Below, in pieces: positions 38,260 to 50,849 of a DNA stretch of 64,000 nucleotides. The stretch spans positions 76,756,001-76,820,000 of the forward strand of contig NC_087443.1 of assembly GCF_036321535.1 (NCBI RefSeq). The letters are read 5' to 3'. The notes beneath the pieces are model-generated. The model saw only the letters and a list, made by a program, of their open reading frames with translations, had not been told where the DNA came from and ran no database searches. Within the stretch, counting starts at the first letter, position 1; every line of letters begins with the position of its first letter. Made by a program: the position numbers and the translations under genes. The stretch comes from Camelus dromedarius (taxonomy: Eukaryota).

Positions 38260-39756
38260 TGTTTTCAGACTTTGAATCTTTTTTTTAAGTTTTATTGTTG
38301 ATGAATTCCACCCCCCACCATGTTTTATTATGAGAATTTCAAACATGCGGCAAAGCTGAAAGAATTTTACTTGGAATATTTGTATGCCCATCACCTTGAT
38401 TTTACCAAAGGACATTTTGCTATTTTTCCTTCATGATGTGTCTACCTATCCCTCCCTCTGTCTGTCCATCTTTATCTTTTCGATGCATTTCAAAGTAAAT
38501 TGCAGACATTGGTACCCTTCTCCTAAACACTTCGCATCATGATCTAGAGTTCATCAGCTGTTTAGTTTTTTCTTTTGATGTAAAATTTACATTAATGAAA
38601 TGCAAAAATCCCAAGTGTACTTTTGCTGAGTTTTGACCAATGCACACATCTGTGTAACTCAGACCCCTATCAAGACCCAGAGCATTACCATCGCCCCGAA
38701 AGTTCCCTCTTGCCTTTCCCTGTCAGTCTTCATCCCCAGCCCTTGTAGAAGCACCCGCTATTCGGATTTTTTCCATTATAAATAAATTTACCACGTCTTG
38801 AATTTCATATAATCATAGCACATCTAGTTGTTGGGGTTCCCAAGACCACCCTCAGGCTTGGTGATTTGCTTGAAGGACTCACAAGACTCAGAAAACTGGT
38901 CCTACTCATGGATCTGGTTTATTTCAGTGAAAGACTACAGATAAAACTCAGCAGAGGGAAGAGGTGTGTGGGCAGAGACCAGGAGAATCCAGGCATGAGC
39001 GTCCAGTGGCGTTGTGCTGGGATGCACTTGAGTCTCCCAGCAGCGATGTGTGACAGTACGTGTGCAGTGCTGTCACCCCGAGAAGCTCAGTGGAGCCTTG
39101 TGCCCAGGGCTTTGTTAAGGGTCAGGCAGGACGGCATACAGCCCCCGTGGGCCTGACCCTGGCTACTCAGTCTCCAGCCCCGCAGGTGACCAGCTGATAC
39201 GGCGTGGCCTGGGGTCCCAGGCACACAGAAACACCCTTCCAGGCAGAATATTCCATGGGCTTGGAGGTGGTCTCCTGGGAGCTGACGGCAGGCCCACCCT
39301 GAAGACCGCCTTTCTCTGGCCATGCAGGGCGTGAGCTGCCCAGGCCTGCCGAGTTACCCCTTTCTTTGTGTGTAGGGCTTCCTTCCCCGGCATACTGTTC
39401 GTCTGCACGTACCGGCAGGTCTCTTCTGCTTGACTGCAGAGTGGTATTCCTTTGCGTGAACATCCCATGGTTTGTTTATCCATTCCCCTGTTGCTAGACA
39501 CCTGAGTTGTTTCAGGTTTAGGCCATTAGGAATAAATCTGCTGTGAACATTCCTGCGTAGTTCTTTTGGATAAACACTTAGGAGTGACCTTTCTGGGTCA
39601 TAGGGTAGGTATGTGTTCAGTTTTATGAGAAACTGCCAGCCCCTTTCCCAGAGGGCCCGTATCATTTTACATTCCTGCTGCTCCACAGCCTCACCAGCAC
39701 TTGGTGGTGTCAGCCTCTCCATTCTGGTGGGTATGAAGTGGTATCTCATTGTGGTT
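38260..39756 (-). mobile_element. Old L1 (L1MB/MC-like) interrupted by a MER21-like LTR
   Basis: ORF 39354..39749 translates to an L1 ORF2 C-terminus-like peptide (MRYHFIPTRM...LPYDP...YPKEL...GEWINK). Confidence 0.75.
38828..39370. mobile_element. MER21-family solo LTR
   Basis: TGTTGGGGTTCCCAAGACCACCCTCAGG..GGACTCACAAGACTCAG..TTTATTTCAGTGAAAG signature (family recalled, not searched). Confidence 0.65.
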
Positions 39757-39775
39757 ACTTCAATTAAAAAAATTC

Positions 39776-39902
39776 TTTTTTTTTTTTAATGGGGGAGGTA
39801 GTTAGGTTTATTTCTTTATTTTTAGAGGAGGTACTGGGGATTGAACCCAGGACCTCATGCATGCTAAGCATGCTCTTTATCACTTGAGCTATATACTCCC
39901 CC
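39776..39902 (-). mobile_element. tRNA-Ala-derived SINE (camelid type), long form
   Basis: Same body as the 22358 copy; poly-T on the plus strand; flanking TACTTCA(A/G)TT at 39756-39765 and 39903-39912. Confidence 0.85.
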
Positions 39903-40600
39903 TACTTCAGTTTTGTTTTTTTTTAATTCAGAAAGGTCAACATCTAATACCAAGAGAGGTGAGAGCATGTTTCTTCCAAGGAACTAAGACATTAGGCCAG
40001 TGACTTGATTTATTCTTGCAGCTTTCCCTATTTTAATTTAAAATGGGGAGGATAGAGGAGGAGGAGGAGGAGACTCCTGAGGGGGCTGGTGCTGAGGCCG
40101 GCGGGGATGAGTTCATACACTCAGGACGCACATGTGTCCTGCTGTCCTGTCTCCAGTGGGGTTTGGCTGAAAGATGAGAGTGGTTCTTACAGTTTGGAGC
40201 CAGCAGAACCAACTCTGGAAAGGTTGCAAGCAGCCTCATTTTGCCCTCCAGTTAGGAGTTTGTGCCTTCCAGACAGATTTCCCTTCTTGGTTGCAAAGTT
40301 ACAGATATTCTGACTATAATACTGAATTAAGGGAGCTCCTGGGGTGATTCTAGTGTTGGGGTGGGGGTCCCAGGGATAGGTCCGTCTTTCTCCTAACAAG
40401 CCCTCTAACTGTGGGGAGCCAAAATTCCTTCATCTGTAAAATGGGAGTAATGCCCCTTCCTTGCCCACCTCCCATGGCAGCTGTGAGGATGGAAGAGAGC
40501 ACCTGAGAAAGGGACAGGCAGACTGCGGGCACAGGTGTCGCTGGTGGGCGATGGGAGGAAGGCCACCCCTGGCTTCATCCTTCTTCCTCTCTCTTTCCAG

Positions 40601-40754
40601 GAGTCCGCTCAGAATTTGATCAAATAGACACGTCCAACCCAAACTGTGTCGTAATTGCAGATGCAGGAGAAAGCTTTTCTTATCACAACATGAATAAAGC
40701 TTTCCAGGTGCTCATGGAGCTGGAAAATCCTGTGCTCCTCTCACTGGGAAAAGG
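40601..40754 (+). CDS. LHPP: LHPP exon 3 (154 nt; VRSEFDQIDTSNPNCVVIADAGESFSYHNMNKAFQVLMELENPVLLSLGK; cap domain)
   Basis: Long pyrimidine tract and CCAG|GA, donor GG|GTAAGT; translated by hand (not in the ORF track). Confidence 0.96.
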
Positions 40755-42634
40755 GTAAGTCGGCTGCAGGGAGAGTCGTTTCTGGCTCTTTGGACGATGC
40801 TGCATGCATCTCTGACTTAGAGAATCCTCAGAGAAGATGGGAGAAGTGGGCACGGAGTGACTTCCTTTCCCTTGCCTCCCTTTTTCTTTCTTTTTTCCCC
40901 CTTCATTTCTTCATTTCTCTCTTTTGATAATTTTTGAGGCTATTAGAATGCCCCATCTTTAGGAGCTGGCCAGTCAAGCTTCCACATGGCTCTGAGGCTG
41001 GGAGAGGCTCTGGGGCAGGGGAGGGTCAGGAGGGTCACTGCAGAGGGGACCCCTGGGTATCTCAGGGGGCACATGCTAACTGTCCCAAGTTTAGGTCCAT
41101 TTCCACAGGATTCAGTACAAGGCATGGATGGATTGTGCTGAGGGGACACCTAATAGTGGAAAACAGGCTTAAGGGCTCATGGGATGCTCTCTTCTGGGCC
41201 CCACATCTGCACAGCACGGTCTCTGTAAGGTCATGAGTTTGTGACCAACATTATTGTCTGAGTCTTTAGCCCAGCCCTCACCATCTCTTTTAAAAAACCA
41301 TGTTGATTATTTTCCTTAACCTCTTTTACCACCAAGACTGCACACGTTTATTGGAGAAAAATTAGAAAATACAGATGAACAAAAAGAAAAAAACAAAAAG
41401 AATGTTCAGTCCCACCGCCCGAGAAAATAGCTGTCCGCGTTTTGGTGCGTGTCCTCCGCGGCTCCCTGTGCAGGTGGATCATCACGGATGGGTGTGTTCG
41501 CAACAGTGATGTCTTCGCCTGTTTTTAACTGTTCACCAAATAATATTTTGTAAATGTTTTTCCATACAATAAGTAGATATCTCTGCAGCAAGGCTATTCC
41601 TATAATTTTTTTTAACAGTCTCTCCTGTAGCTTTTTAACTGATGCCTACTAATGGACACTTAGGTTGTTTCTGATTTTCTACCAAAGTGAGGCTGTGATC
41701 AGTATCTTCGTGCATTTCGGATGATGTGTATTTTTGAGGTTCTGGACACATGTTGCCAAGTTGCTTTCCAGAAAGCCGAGCAGATTTATTCTGTTCTCCA
41801 TGGAAGCAGCACTAGCATTTTAGAATCATAGGCTCTAAGGATGGTTGCAAGGATACTGGGGTCCCACCCCAGCTTCTCGTGCGGGGCAAGAATTCTGTGG
41901 CCATCTCTGAGGAAGCGTTTCCTGGCTTAGGTGCTCCTGGTGACTGGGAGCTTCCTACCTCTGTCTGCTGAACACAGTGGCTGTTCCAGTAGACACGAGA
42001 GGGACTTGATCTGGCCACCAGCCATTGCTAAGCACTTTACGTAGTTCGCGGTGTTAACTTCTGACCATAGCACCATAAGCTGTAGGCAGTATCATTGCCA
42101 TTTTACAGATGGGGCATACTGAGGCATAGGGAGGTGAAGTAAACTGTGGTTCCACCATCGATAAATGCCAGCAGAGCCAGAGTGCCACCGAGAGCCTGTG
42201 CTGTGTCACCTCTAGGCAACATTCAAGAGCAGGTATTTGGCCCACACAAGATCTTAAATTTTTTTTGAGCCTGTTTTAAAAATTGGGAGATTTTACATAA
42301 AGTAACGAAATTTCTGGATTCTTCTGAAAAATCAGAAGATCTGGCAGCACTGGCCCCGCATTCCCGAGCGCACCACAGCTTGGCTGGAGCCACAGCCTCC
42401 ACTGGTCTTGGTTCACCACAGACCCCACCACCTCCTGTTACTCCTTCTCCAAGCTTCAGAGTCGATTGCCATTCGTCTTGTTTGTCTTTCTCACAGTAGA
42501 GAAATATTTTTGCATGGTTATGTCTGTTTCAAAATAGGCAAACGAGAGCGATTTCAAGAAAGGAAAGAGGAGAAATATTTCTTTTAGGAACTACAAACAT
42601 TCTAGTGTGTTTCTCATGTAAATGAGAAGTGTCC

Positions 42635-43478
42635 TGTGTTAGTCAGTGTTCTCCAGAGAAACAGAACCAGTAGGATGTGGAGGTACATATATGTACAGTC
42701 CCTGACTTAGCGATGATTCAAGTTAGGATTTTTTGACTTTATGATAGTGTGAAAGCTATGCATGTGCAGTGAAAACCATACTTTGAATTTTGAATTTTGA
42801 TCTTTTCCTGGATGCAGTAAATACCCTCTTGTGATACTGGGCAGTGGTGGAGAGCCCAGTGAGCCACGCGATCGTGAGGGTGAACAACTGATACACTTAA
42901 AATTGTTCTGTTCCCGTATTTAATAAATTACATGAGATCATGAATGCTTTATTCTAAAATAGATTTTGTGTTAGATGATTCTGCCCAATTGTAGGCGAAT
43001 ATAAGTGAGCACATTTAAGGTAGGCTGGGCTAAGCTGTGGTATTTGGTAGGTAAGGTTTATTAATTGCATTTTTTACTTATATTTTCAACTTACGATAGG
43101 TTTATCAGGATGTAACCCAATAGTAAGTCGAGGAAGATCTGTATATAAAGAGAAGTTGATTATGGAGGTTAAGTATATCCAAAATCTGCAGGGTAGGCTG
43201 GCACGCTGGAGACTTAGGGAAGAGTTGCAGTCTGAATCCCAAGGCTGTCTGCTGGCAGATTCCTTCTTGCTTGGAGAGGTTAGACTTTGTTCCAGTCTGG
43301 CCTTCAGCTGATTGGACGAGGCCCACCACATTATGGAGAGAAATCTGCTTTACTCAAAGTCCACTGTTGTAAATGTTAATCTCATCTAAGAAACATCTTC
43401 ACAGAAGCATCCAGAGTACTGTTAGACCAATATCTAGGTAGCTTGGCCCAGCCAAGTTGACATAAAATTAACTGTCAC
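42635..43478 (-). mobile_element. MLT2-family (ERVL) solo LTR with a 5-bp TSD, split by a Tigger MITE
   Basis: Starts TGTGTTAGTCAGTGTTCTCCAGAGAAACAGAACC; TSD TGTCC at 42630-42634 and 43479-43483. Confidence 0.8.
42696..43141 (-). mobile_element. Tigger4 (Zombi)-type Tc1/mariner MITE nested in the MLT2
   Basis: TA duplication at 42694-42695 and 43142-43143; imperfect TIRs (CAG..CCCTGACTTAGCGATG and CAGATCTTCCTCGACTTACTATTG). Confidence 0.8.
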
Positions 43479-44699
43479 TGTCCCCTTTCTAACCTAACAA
43501 CCTTCTGCAGTTTATGTCCCTGCCAACCAGAGAACCTGGCCTGCTTAACCCTTTTACGCTCCTGGCTATGCTCTGTGTCCTGTTTGCATCCCTAAAGTTA
43601 CCAGCCTGTCACTAGAGAACAACACATTTAAGAAGCTCTGCTGTAATTCATTTCTGTTAAAACTTTTTTCTTTAAAATTGTCTCTAATTATTAAAAGCTA
43701 TAATTCCAGATTATGGATAGCAATCAAAATAGGTATGTTGAAAAAGAAAAAAATACGGAATCGGTTTCTTTTAGCTTTGTGATTCTGCAGTAAATTCAAT
43801 AGTAAGGCAAGGGTTTGTTTTCCAAATAAGCAACTAGTGGAGCCTCCAGCTGGTGGGGCTTCTGGCTTGGGCTATAGGTTGGGTGATCAAACATCAGAGA
43901 AAGGAACCAACAGCTTTCAGGCTTGGGTTATAGCTTCTTGGGACAGCCCAAGGATCCACGAAGAGTTGCTGTCACATCGGAGTGGGGGTTGCCGATGGTG
44001 AGGGGCTGTCCTCCACCAGAGCAGGGCCGCGTGGTGCCCCCAAGGAGGCAGGATGGCGGAGGCGCTGGGGCAGAATATCCTCCTCCTGGAAACGGAGTGA
44101 TTTACATTTGGCATCTGTTTGGACCAAGAGTGGGAATTGCCTTTGTAATTTCTTCTGTCATGCCGCTGTCAGAAAATTAAGCTGTTTACGCGACAGACTA
44201 TGGAAGGTTAATGGCTCTTGTGGGAGAGGTCAAGTGGTCATTTTTAAGGGAGGCTGTGCTGAATAATCGGAAGGGCAGAAGAATAAAGCATAAAATCTAT
44301 CTGACTGCTCCCCAGCTTTTCCCTGTCTTTCCAGAATCCACAGTTTCTTCTCTGTGGCTGGAACACTCCATTCTTGCCAGGCCTGCTGTTGCTTTTAGTA
44401 CACCAGTGAAAAAAGATAAATATATCAAATCTCTTGTGTTTCAAGAGTAACTTGGGTCTTTATATTTTAAAAAATTGATTAGCTACTTGTATTTACTGTA
44501 TCTCTGAAAATGTTTACAGCTAACAGATGGCCTTCAAGATGCCTTTTTGTTTTCCTGAATGAGCAAGAAATAAAGACAAATTCTGGGCACTATAAAAACA
44601 AGCCCAGGTACAGTTAAAAAAGAAATATTGAGATTTCTAATTTTGATTTATGGAAGTCAATTTTTTCTTTAGGGTCAAAAAATTAGTGTAACAAAGACA

Positions 44700-44768
44700 A
44701 AGGTATTTTTTGGGGGAGGGGTGTATATATATTTTTATTGAAGTATAGTCATTTTACAATGTTGTGTC
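44700..44768 (-). mobile_element. Ultra-short L1 3' tail (about 35 nt of L1 sequence plus decayed tail)
   Basis: TTTTTATTGAAGTATAGTCATTTTACAATGTTGTGT, flanked by CAAAGACA at 44692-44699 and 44769-44776. Confidence 0.65.
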
Positions 44769-47445
44769 CAAAGACAGGGTTTTGATTGGGTACTTTTAGC
44801 GGCCTGTTGAGTGTTTCCTTCCCATCAGGACTAAACTGAAACCTAAGAAAGTGCAGGTTTCCGACACTGTGGAAGGAAGACCTGGAGAAGGAGGAGATGG
44901 GCAGAAGCAGTGCCGTGGGGGTGTCCTTGGGAGGCCTTTCCTGGGGGAGGTGCACCAGCTCCTGCCTCCTCCAGCTGTCTCGGAGCTGAGGCTGCACTGG
45001 GCCAGAGGCCTGTAGAATCCTCAGTTCCAAACAGAGCTGTGCGTGTTGCAACAGAGCAGCCTTGTTTTATAATTTTTTCTTGGCGCCTGAGTAAGCCTCT
45101 GCTATGCCGGCCGCATTCTTTCCTCGCCTCGGTCCTCCGTGCCTGGCTCACATGCCCTGTCCTCAGAGAGGCCCTCCCCACACCCCCTCCCATTGCCCCC
45201 TTGTGAGGAGGGTGGCTCTCAGCACCTGGAGGAGCATCTGGTCCGAGGGTCCCCAGCAGGGTACCGGTTCCGAGAGGCTCCCGGGCCTGGACTCTTCTAT
45301 TCCGCCCCCTTTACCTTCCCTCTCAGCCTTGATGTTTCCTTCTCTAGGAGGCCTCCCTGCCTCCCCGTCCCCAGCATGTCCAGCCTCCTCAGTCAGAGTG
45401 CGCAGAGCACAGGGTCCCCCTTATCACTGCCCACTTCCTGCCGTTTTGTGTTTGTCTGTGGACTTGCCTGCTTCCCCACCAGACCAGGCATCCCTGGGGA
45501 GCATGCTGGGTCTGAGAGTGTCCCCTGCAAAGGGGTATGGGACAGCTGTGTCCTGAATGTTTGAGGGACTGAGTTCACAGATGCCAGCTGCAGCCCCGTG
45601 AGCACAGACCCCAGCACCCAGTGTATCCCTCTGCCTCTTGGCCAGATTTTGCTTTACTTGGCCTTTCCTTCTGACTCTGGACCTCGCTGAGGAAATATCA
45701 TACCAAAGCAATTTATGGTAGAAATGAGAAAAATGAGAAGAAACACTTTTTTGAGGCTATATAAATGCAAAATAGATGTCTGAATTCCAGATTTAAGACA
45801 AATGCAGGTAGGGACCTCAAAGCCTGTGTTTTGGGATCACCTTTTAAAAAGGGGCACATTTGCAGGTCCTGGCTCAGTAAGCAGTGTTAGTTCTCGTGGT
45901 TTCCTGAAAGTGTGCGGTGTCCCAGCTGGGCCTCTGGGGTGCAGAGCCTCGGACCCCGCTCGAGAGGCCTGGGGTGCACTTGGAGACTGAGTCCTATCCT
46001 GATGGGAGATGCCCCCATGGCTTCAGCAAACGGGCTCTAATCCACCTGACACGGGTGAGTGGCAGGGGACCAGCCCTTGCCGAGGCCAGGGGTTTGGCTG
46101 AAGCCTTGCAGCCTAGCTGAAGCTACTGAGGCCAGCCGGGGAGAATGCAGGTCAGGAGAGCGCCTGTCCACCTGAGCGCCGGGTAAATACCACGGACGGT
46201 GAGGCTCCTGCATCCTGGAAGGCTTCAGCTGGGTACAGAGAGGGACAGGCAGGGCTGGAGGAAGGGCACAGCCCTGGGGCAGCTTCCAGGAGCTCAGTTC
46301 TGCCATTTCCAGTAGGCACAGAACAGGTTTCAGCCCCCACAAATTGGAAAGACCCTGTTCGTTCTTTCTCCCCCGGCTCCTGTCTTACTGCTCATCTCAG
46401 TCTAGGTGAACAGGTGTCTATAACAATTTTCCCTGACGTTTTTGGAGCAGTTTCTGCATTGCAGGGATCACGTTAAGAACTTTGCCTGTGTTAGTTTGCT
46501 CAAGCCTCACAATGTATGAGTTAGATACTGGAGTTTCTTTTTGCCCATTTTACAGAGTAGAAAACTGAGGCCCAGAGGGCTTAAGCAGCCCAGAGTCCCA
46601 CAGTTAAAAAGAAGTGCTTCACTTTGCTTCTCTTTGGTTCTCCACATACGTGTTGTTTAATGTCTCCCAAACTCGAAGGTCGTGTACCTGATGTGATGGG
46701 TCTCACAACATTTTAACAGTCCTGGGTTTCCCTTAACCCTGTCTTCACAGCAGCACAGAGTAAACTACCTTCCCCCCACTTTGTAGTCAGATGGCTTTGC
46801 TCAGAGGGAACTGGGCTTGGTCCACCGTGTGTCCTGAGAGGCCTGTGTGTGGCCTGGGGTGGGCGAGGCAGTGGCAGCTGGACCGCAGCACAGCGCTCGC
46901 AAGAGTGAAGACATGAAACCGTCTTCAGAAGGCAAGCTCCTGTGAGCCAAGCTCTCTTGGCCTCCAGTGAGGCGGGAAGAACCAGTGAGGTTGTCTTCTC
47001 CTAGAAGCATCTGGGCCCTGACTCCTGGGTAACAGGAGATGCAGCAGGGGGCTGTGGAACTAATGGAGTTTTTTTTCTCCAGGCAGCATGAGGGGTTAAT
47101 TATTAGCAATTAGGGGTTCGCCACATGCTCTGTGGACCTGCTGTCCTTTCCCAGAACACAGATCACTTGTGTTTCTCTTTGTTAGCACCTGGACCCAGCT
47201 GCCCTGTTAGTCAGTGCGGCGGGGTCCCCACGAGGCTGGCAGCAGGGGCCATTCTGATCGCGAGCAGCTGGCCTCCGCCCCTTCCGCCCGGGCGCCGGGT
47301 GTGGTGATCACCACTGGGCTCTGTCCTGCTGACCTCCGTCCGTCATTCTCAGCATGGTGTCTGAACTGACCGTCACCCTCTCTTGAGCTGACAGAACTTC
47401 CTAGGCCTCTGGGCTCATCTCACCTTGTCCTCTTCTCTTTTCTAG

Positions 47446-47509
47446 ACGCTACTACAAGGAGACCTCTGGCCTGTTGCTGGACGTTGGTCCCTACATGAAG
47501 GCGCTTGAG
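47446..47509 (+). CDS. LHPP: LHPP exon 4 (64 nt; RYYKETSGLLLDVGPYMKALE)
   Basis: Acceptor TTTTCTAG|A, donor GAG|GTACCT; phases fit. Confidence 0.95.
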
Positions 47510-48419
47510 GTACCTGCCCTGGGTCTGTCCACATCCTCTTCAGATCTCAGGGCCGACTGGGATGTTTCTGGTCTTTCTGGAGAAGGGGGTGTGCTCAATG
47601 TTCAAACTGCCTTTTATGTTTTCAGAATAGACCCCCCTGTTTGAGGCTTCAAGCCTGGCACCCCCATCCTCTGTAGCTTGGCCCTCAGTTGCCCTGGTCA
47701 TCAGTCTGTTCCCCCTACCGCACCACCTGCTGCTGACCCCACTGGCCCTCCCCGCCCACTCTCTGCCACTCTCCTCTCGGATTCTTGGCTTCTGTATATG
47801 TGCAAACCACCTGCCTCATTCCTGACCCTGCTTGTCTGCAGCACCTCGAGCTCAGTGTATCCCAACTGGCCTCTTTCCCAACTCCTTTCTCCAGTTTCCA
47901 AGGCAAGGCTCAGATGGGGCTCCTGCTCTGACCTGTGCCCGGTCAGCTGCCCCAGCCCGGGCTCCTGCCCAGGTCAGCTCGTATCACCGCCCGTCCTCAC
48001 TGCTACATCGGCTCCTGCCTATGTGCACTCAGGTGGGAGGGATGGACAGGCTGCAGATGGGGCCCTGGAGCTTTTCCCTGGAGGACCTTTGACAGAGGTG
48101 GGAGTGGGCAGGGGGAGAAAGGAAGGGAGAAGCAGGAATGCAGGTGAGAGCATGGTCATGTGTGGCCCGCTGTGGACCGCCTCCTGGCGAGCTCAAGCAC
48201 ATGGCAGGGCGTCTGGTGGTGGGTGCTCCGAGCACCCTGGGCAGCCCGATGTAGAGTTGTGACACTTGCTTGCAAAGCGATCTCTCAGCCCCGTCTGTCT
48301 TGCCCTTTGGAGTCCTGTGGCCCATGGGTGCACACATGGGGCAGGATTTCCCTGCAGCTCAGGTGGTTCATTCACCTGTTACTTGTTCCCAACCGTCACG
48401 TCCTTTTCTCTTTTCGCAG

Positions 48420-48512
48420 TATGCCTGTGGTATTGAAGCGGAGGTGGTGGGGAAGCCTTCTCCCGAGTTTTTCAAGTCTGCCCTGCAAGAGATGGGAGTG
48501 GAGGCCCACCAG
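48420..48512 (+). CDS. LHPP: LHPP exon 5 (93 nt; YACGIEAEVVGKPSPEFFKSALQEMGVEAHQ; motif III K189)
   Basis: Acceptor TTTTCGCAG|T, donor CAG|GTAGGA; GKPS motif. Confidence 0.96.
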
Positions 48513-49734
48513 GTAGGATGGCTCCCCACAAAGTGTGTGTGCAGAGGCAGCTGTCGGGGGATACCCAGAGTGCTCACCCCGAGGCCGCCTCCATGCCTGA
48601 GATGGGTTTGAGGTTGGCCAGGCAGCCCAGTTGGGACCTTCCACCGCCACCCGCCATGAGATCTGATTAGACTGGAAAGGGGGAAAAAAGACAGCAAAGG
48701 AGGCGCACAGAATGGTTTCAACCTGTTAAATTAGTTTCAGTAAAAGAGTGAGAAACAGAAATACCCGTGGCTTTTTCTAAGTGACTTTTGCTGCTTCTCT
48801 GGAAGGATGATAGACAGGTTCTATCAGCACATTAAAAGTATTTCATTGGAAAGACAATATACAGCAAGATTTAAAGACTAGGTAAGAATAAAATCATGCA
48901 TCTTGTCACCTTTGCATTCGAACTATTTTTTGAGAGAGGTTGCTTTCCAAACATATATCTTAAAAGGAAGAAAAAAGCAGTTACAATTTTAGTATCCACA
49001 GTGCCCATCCTCACACCTCCCCTTCCCAGGTAGTGTGAGTTGGTCCCTTCCAGCCGATGGGTTCCTGACAGTATTGTTGAAGAAACAATGGGCATATGTC
49101 TGCTGGTGGCCAGGGCTGCCCTGCTGTCTGGTTTGGACACATGCTGTGGCAAGGCTGGTACCCCCAGGATCACCGTGGTGCTCCTTTATTGTTGGACCCG
49201 AATTTCCCACATGTGTTCTGGTCTAGGACATCAATTGCTCATGATGCTTAGAGAAAGACAGCCCACAGCCACAAAGTCTGGAACCTCTGGACCCAAACCT
49301 CCCCGGAGAGTCACAGATGTCAGAAAATCTAGGTCTTGTGGCTCCCCAAGAAATCCCCGGGAAATGCCCTGTGAGGCTGATAGAGAAGGAGAGGCTTATG
49401 TTTTTGAATGAGTGAAGCCTGCAGGGATAGAAACCTGGTTTTCACGGCTGCATTTCATAGTGACAACATTTATAATTTGTTTTATACTGTGACAAACTTT
49501 AAACATACACAACAGCGGAGAGAAGGATACGGTGATTCTCCCCATACATCTGTCACCCAGACTCAACAATGAAAAGATTTTGTCATATTCCCTTCTTCTG
49601 TCCCTTTTCTTTTTAAAAATTTACTTGGTTTTTTTTTTCTGTTGTATTTTAAAGCAAACCTCATACTTTAATGTTATCCTATCCTTTCAAATTATAGTAT
49701 GCCTTTCAAAAAATGGTGGTTGTTTCTGACCTAA

Positions 49735-50560
49735 TTACAATGCATTAAGACACCTGACAGTGGCCAACAAACACACAAAAAGATGTTCAGCGTCATCAGT
49801 GCTTAGGGAAATACAAATCAAAACCACAGTGAGGTCCCACCTCACACCCACTTGGATGGCCATAATTTTAAAAGGAAAATGAGAAACGTTGGCAAGGATG
49901 TGGAGAAATTGGAACCCACATATAGGAATACTGGCAGGAATGTACAGTGGAGCACCCACTATGAAAAACAGCCACTGTGGAAAACAGTTCCATGGTGGGT
50001 TAATAAATTAAACATAGAATTACCATTTGACCCAACAATTCCACTACTAGGTGTCTATCCAAAAGGAGTGAAAGCAGGTGTTCAAACAAAAACTTATACA
50101 TGAATATTCATAGCAGCACTGTTCACAATCACCAAAAGGTGGAAATAATGCAAATGTTCATCTGCAAATGAATGGATGAACAAAATGCGGTTTATTGTCA
50201 CAAAGGAATATTTCAGCTATAAAAAGAATGAAATGCTGATAAATGCTACAGTGTGGATGAACCTTGGAAACATTATGGTAAGTAAAAGGAACCAGTCACA
50301 AAAGGCCACATTTTAATATATTTAACATTTATGCGAAATGTTCAGAATAGGCCAATCCGTAGAGACAAAACGGATTGGTGGTTGCCGGGGGCTGGGAGTG
50401 TGAGGGGTGGGGAGTGCCTGCCGAGGGGTGTGAGGTCTCCTTTTCGGGGGAAGAAAATGGCTGGAAGTAGATGGTGGTGACAATTGCACAACGTTGTGAA
50501 CGTACTTCATGCCACTGATTGTACACTTCAAAATGGTTGTGTTGGTAAATTTTATCACAT
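49735..50560 (+). mobile_element. L1MB-like 3' portion
   Basis: ORF 49852..50103 resembles the L1 ORF2 end (VGKDVEKLEP...LNIELPFDPTIPLLGVYPK). Confidence 0.8.
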
Positions 50561-50749
50561 TGAAAAAACCCCACCTAACAAAATCAATGGTGATTCCTTA
50601 GTGTTATCTAGTATCAGTCCTTATTTAAAGTTCCCTGGGTGTCTCAGAAATATTTTTTTACTCTGATTTTTCTTTTTAAAATCAGATCCAGAAAGGTTTA
50701 TACCTTACATGCGGTGGTTTTGTCTCTAAACATTTCTTTTTAACTTTTT

Positions 50750-50830
50750 TTTTAAGGCGGTTCTGGGGATTGAACTCAGGATGTCGTGCCTGCTAAGCAT
50801 GTGCTCTACCACTGAGCTACACCCTCCCCG
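50750..50830 (-). mobile_element. Short tRNA-Ala(AGC)-only SINE or retrocopy with a 16-bp TSD
   Basis: TSD TTCTTTTTAACTTTTT at 50734-50749 and 50832-50847; the tRNA body is followed directly by the A tail. Confidence 0.85.
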
Positions 50831-50849
50831 CTTCTTTTTAACTTTTTAT

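Noticed and set aside
47210-47310. Small CpG/GC-box patch upstream of exon 4 as an internal promoter
   Set aside because: Too short and without core promoter features; a transcript from here would lack motifs I and II.
50750-50830. Functional tRNA-Ala gene
   Set aside because: Stem mismatches, an A tail and a 16-bp TSD mark it as a retroposed copy; the same applies to the other three SINE copies.
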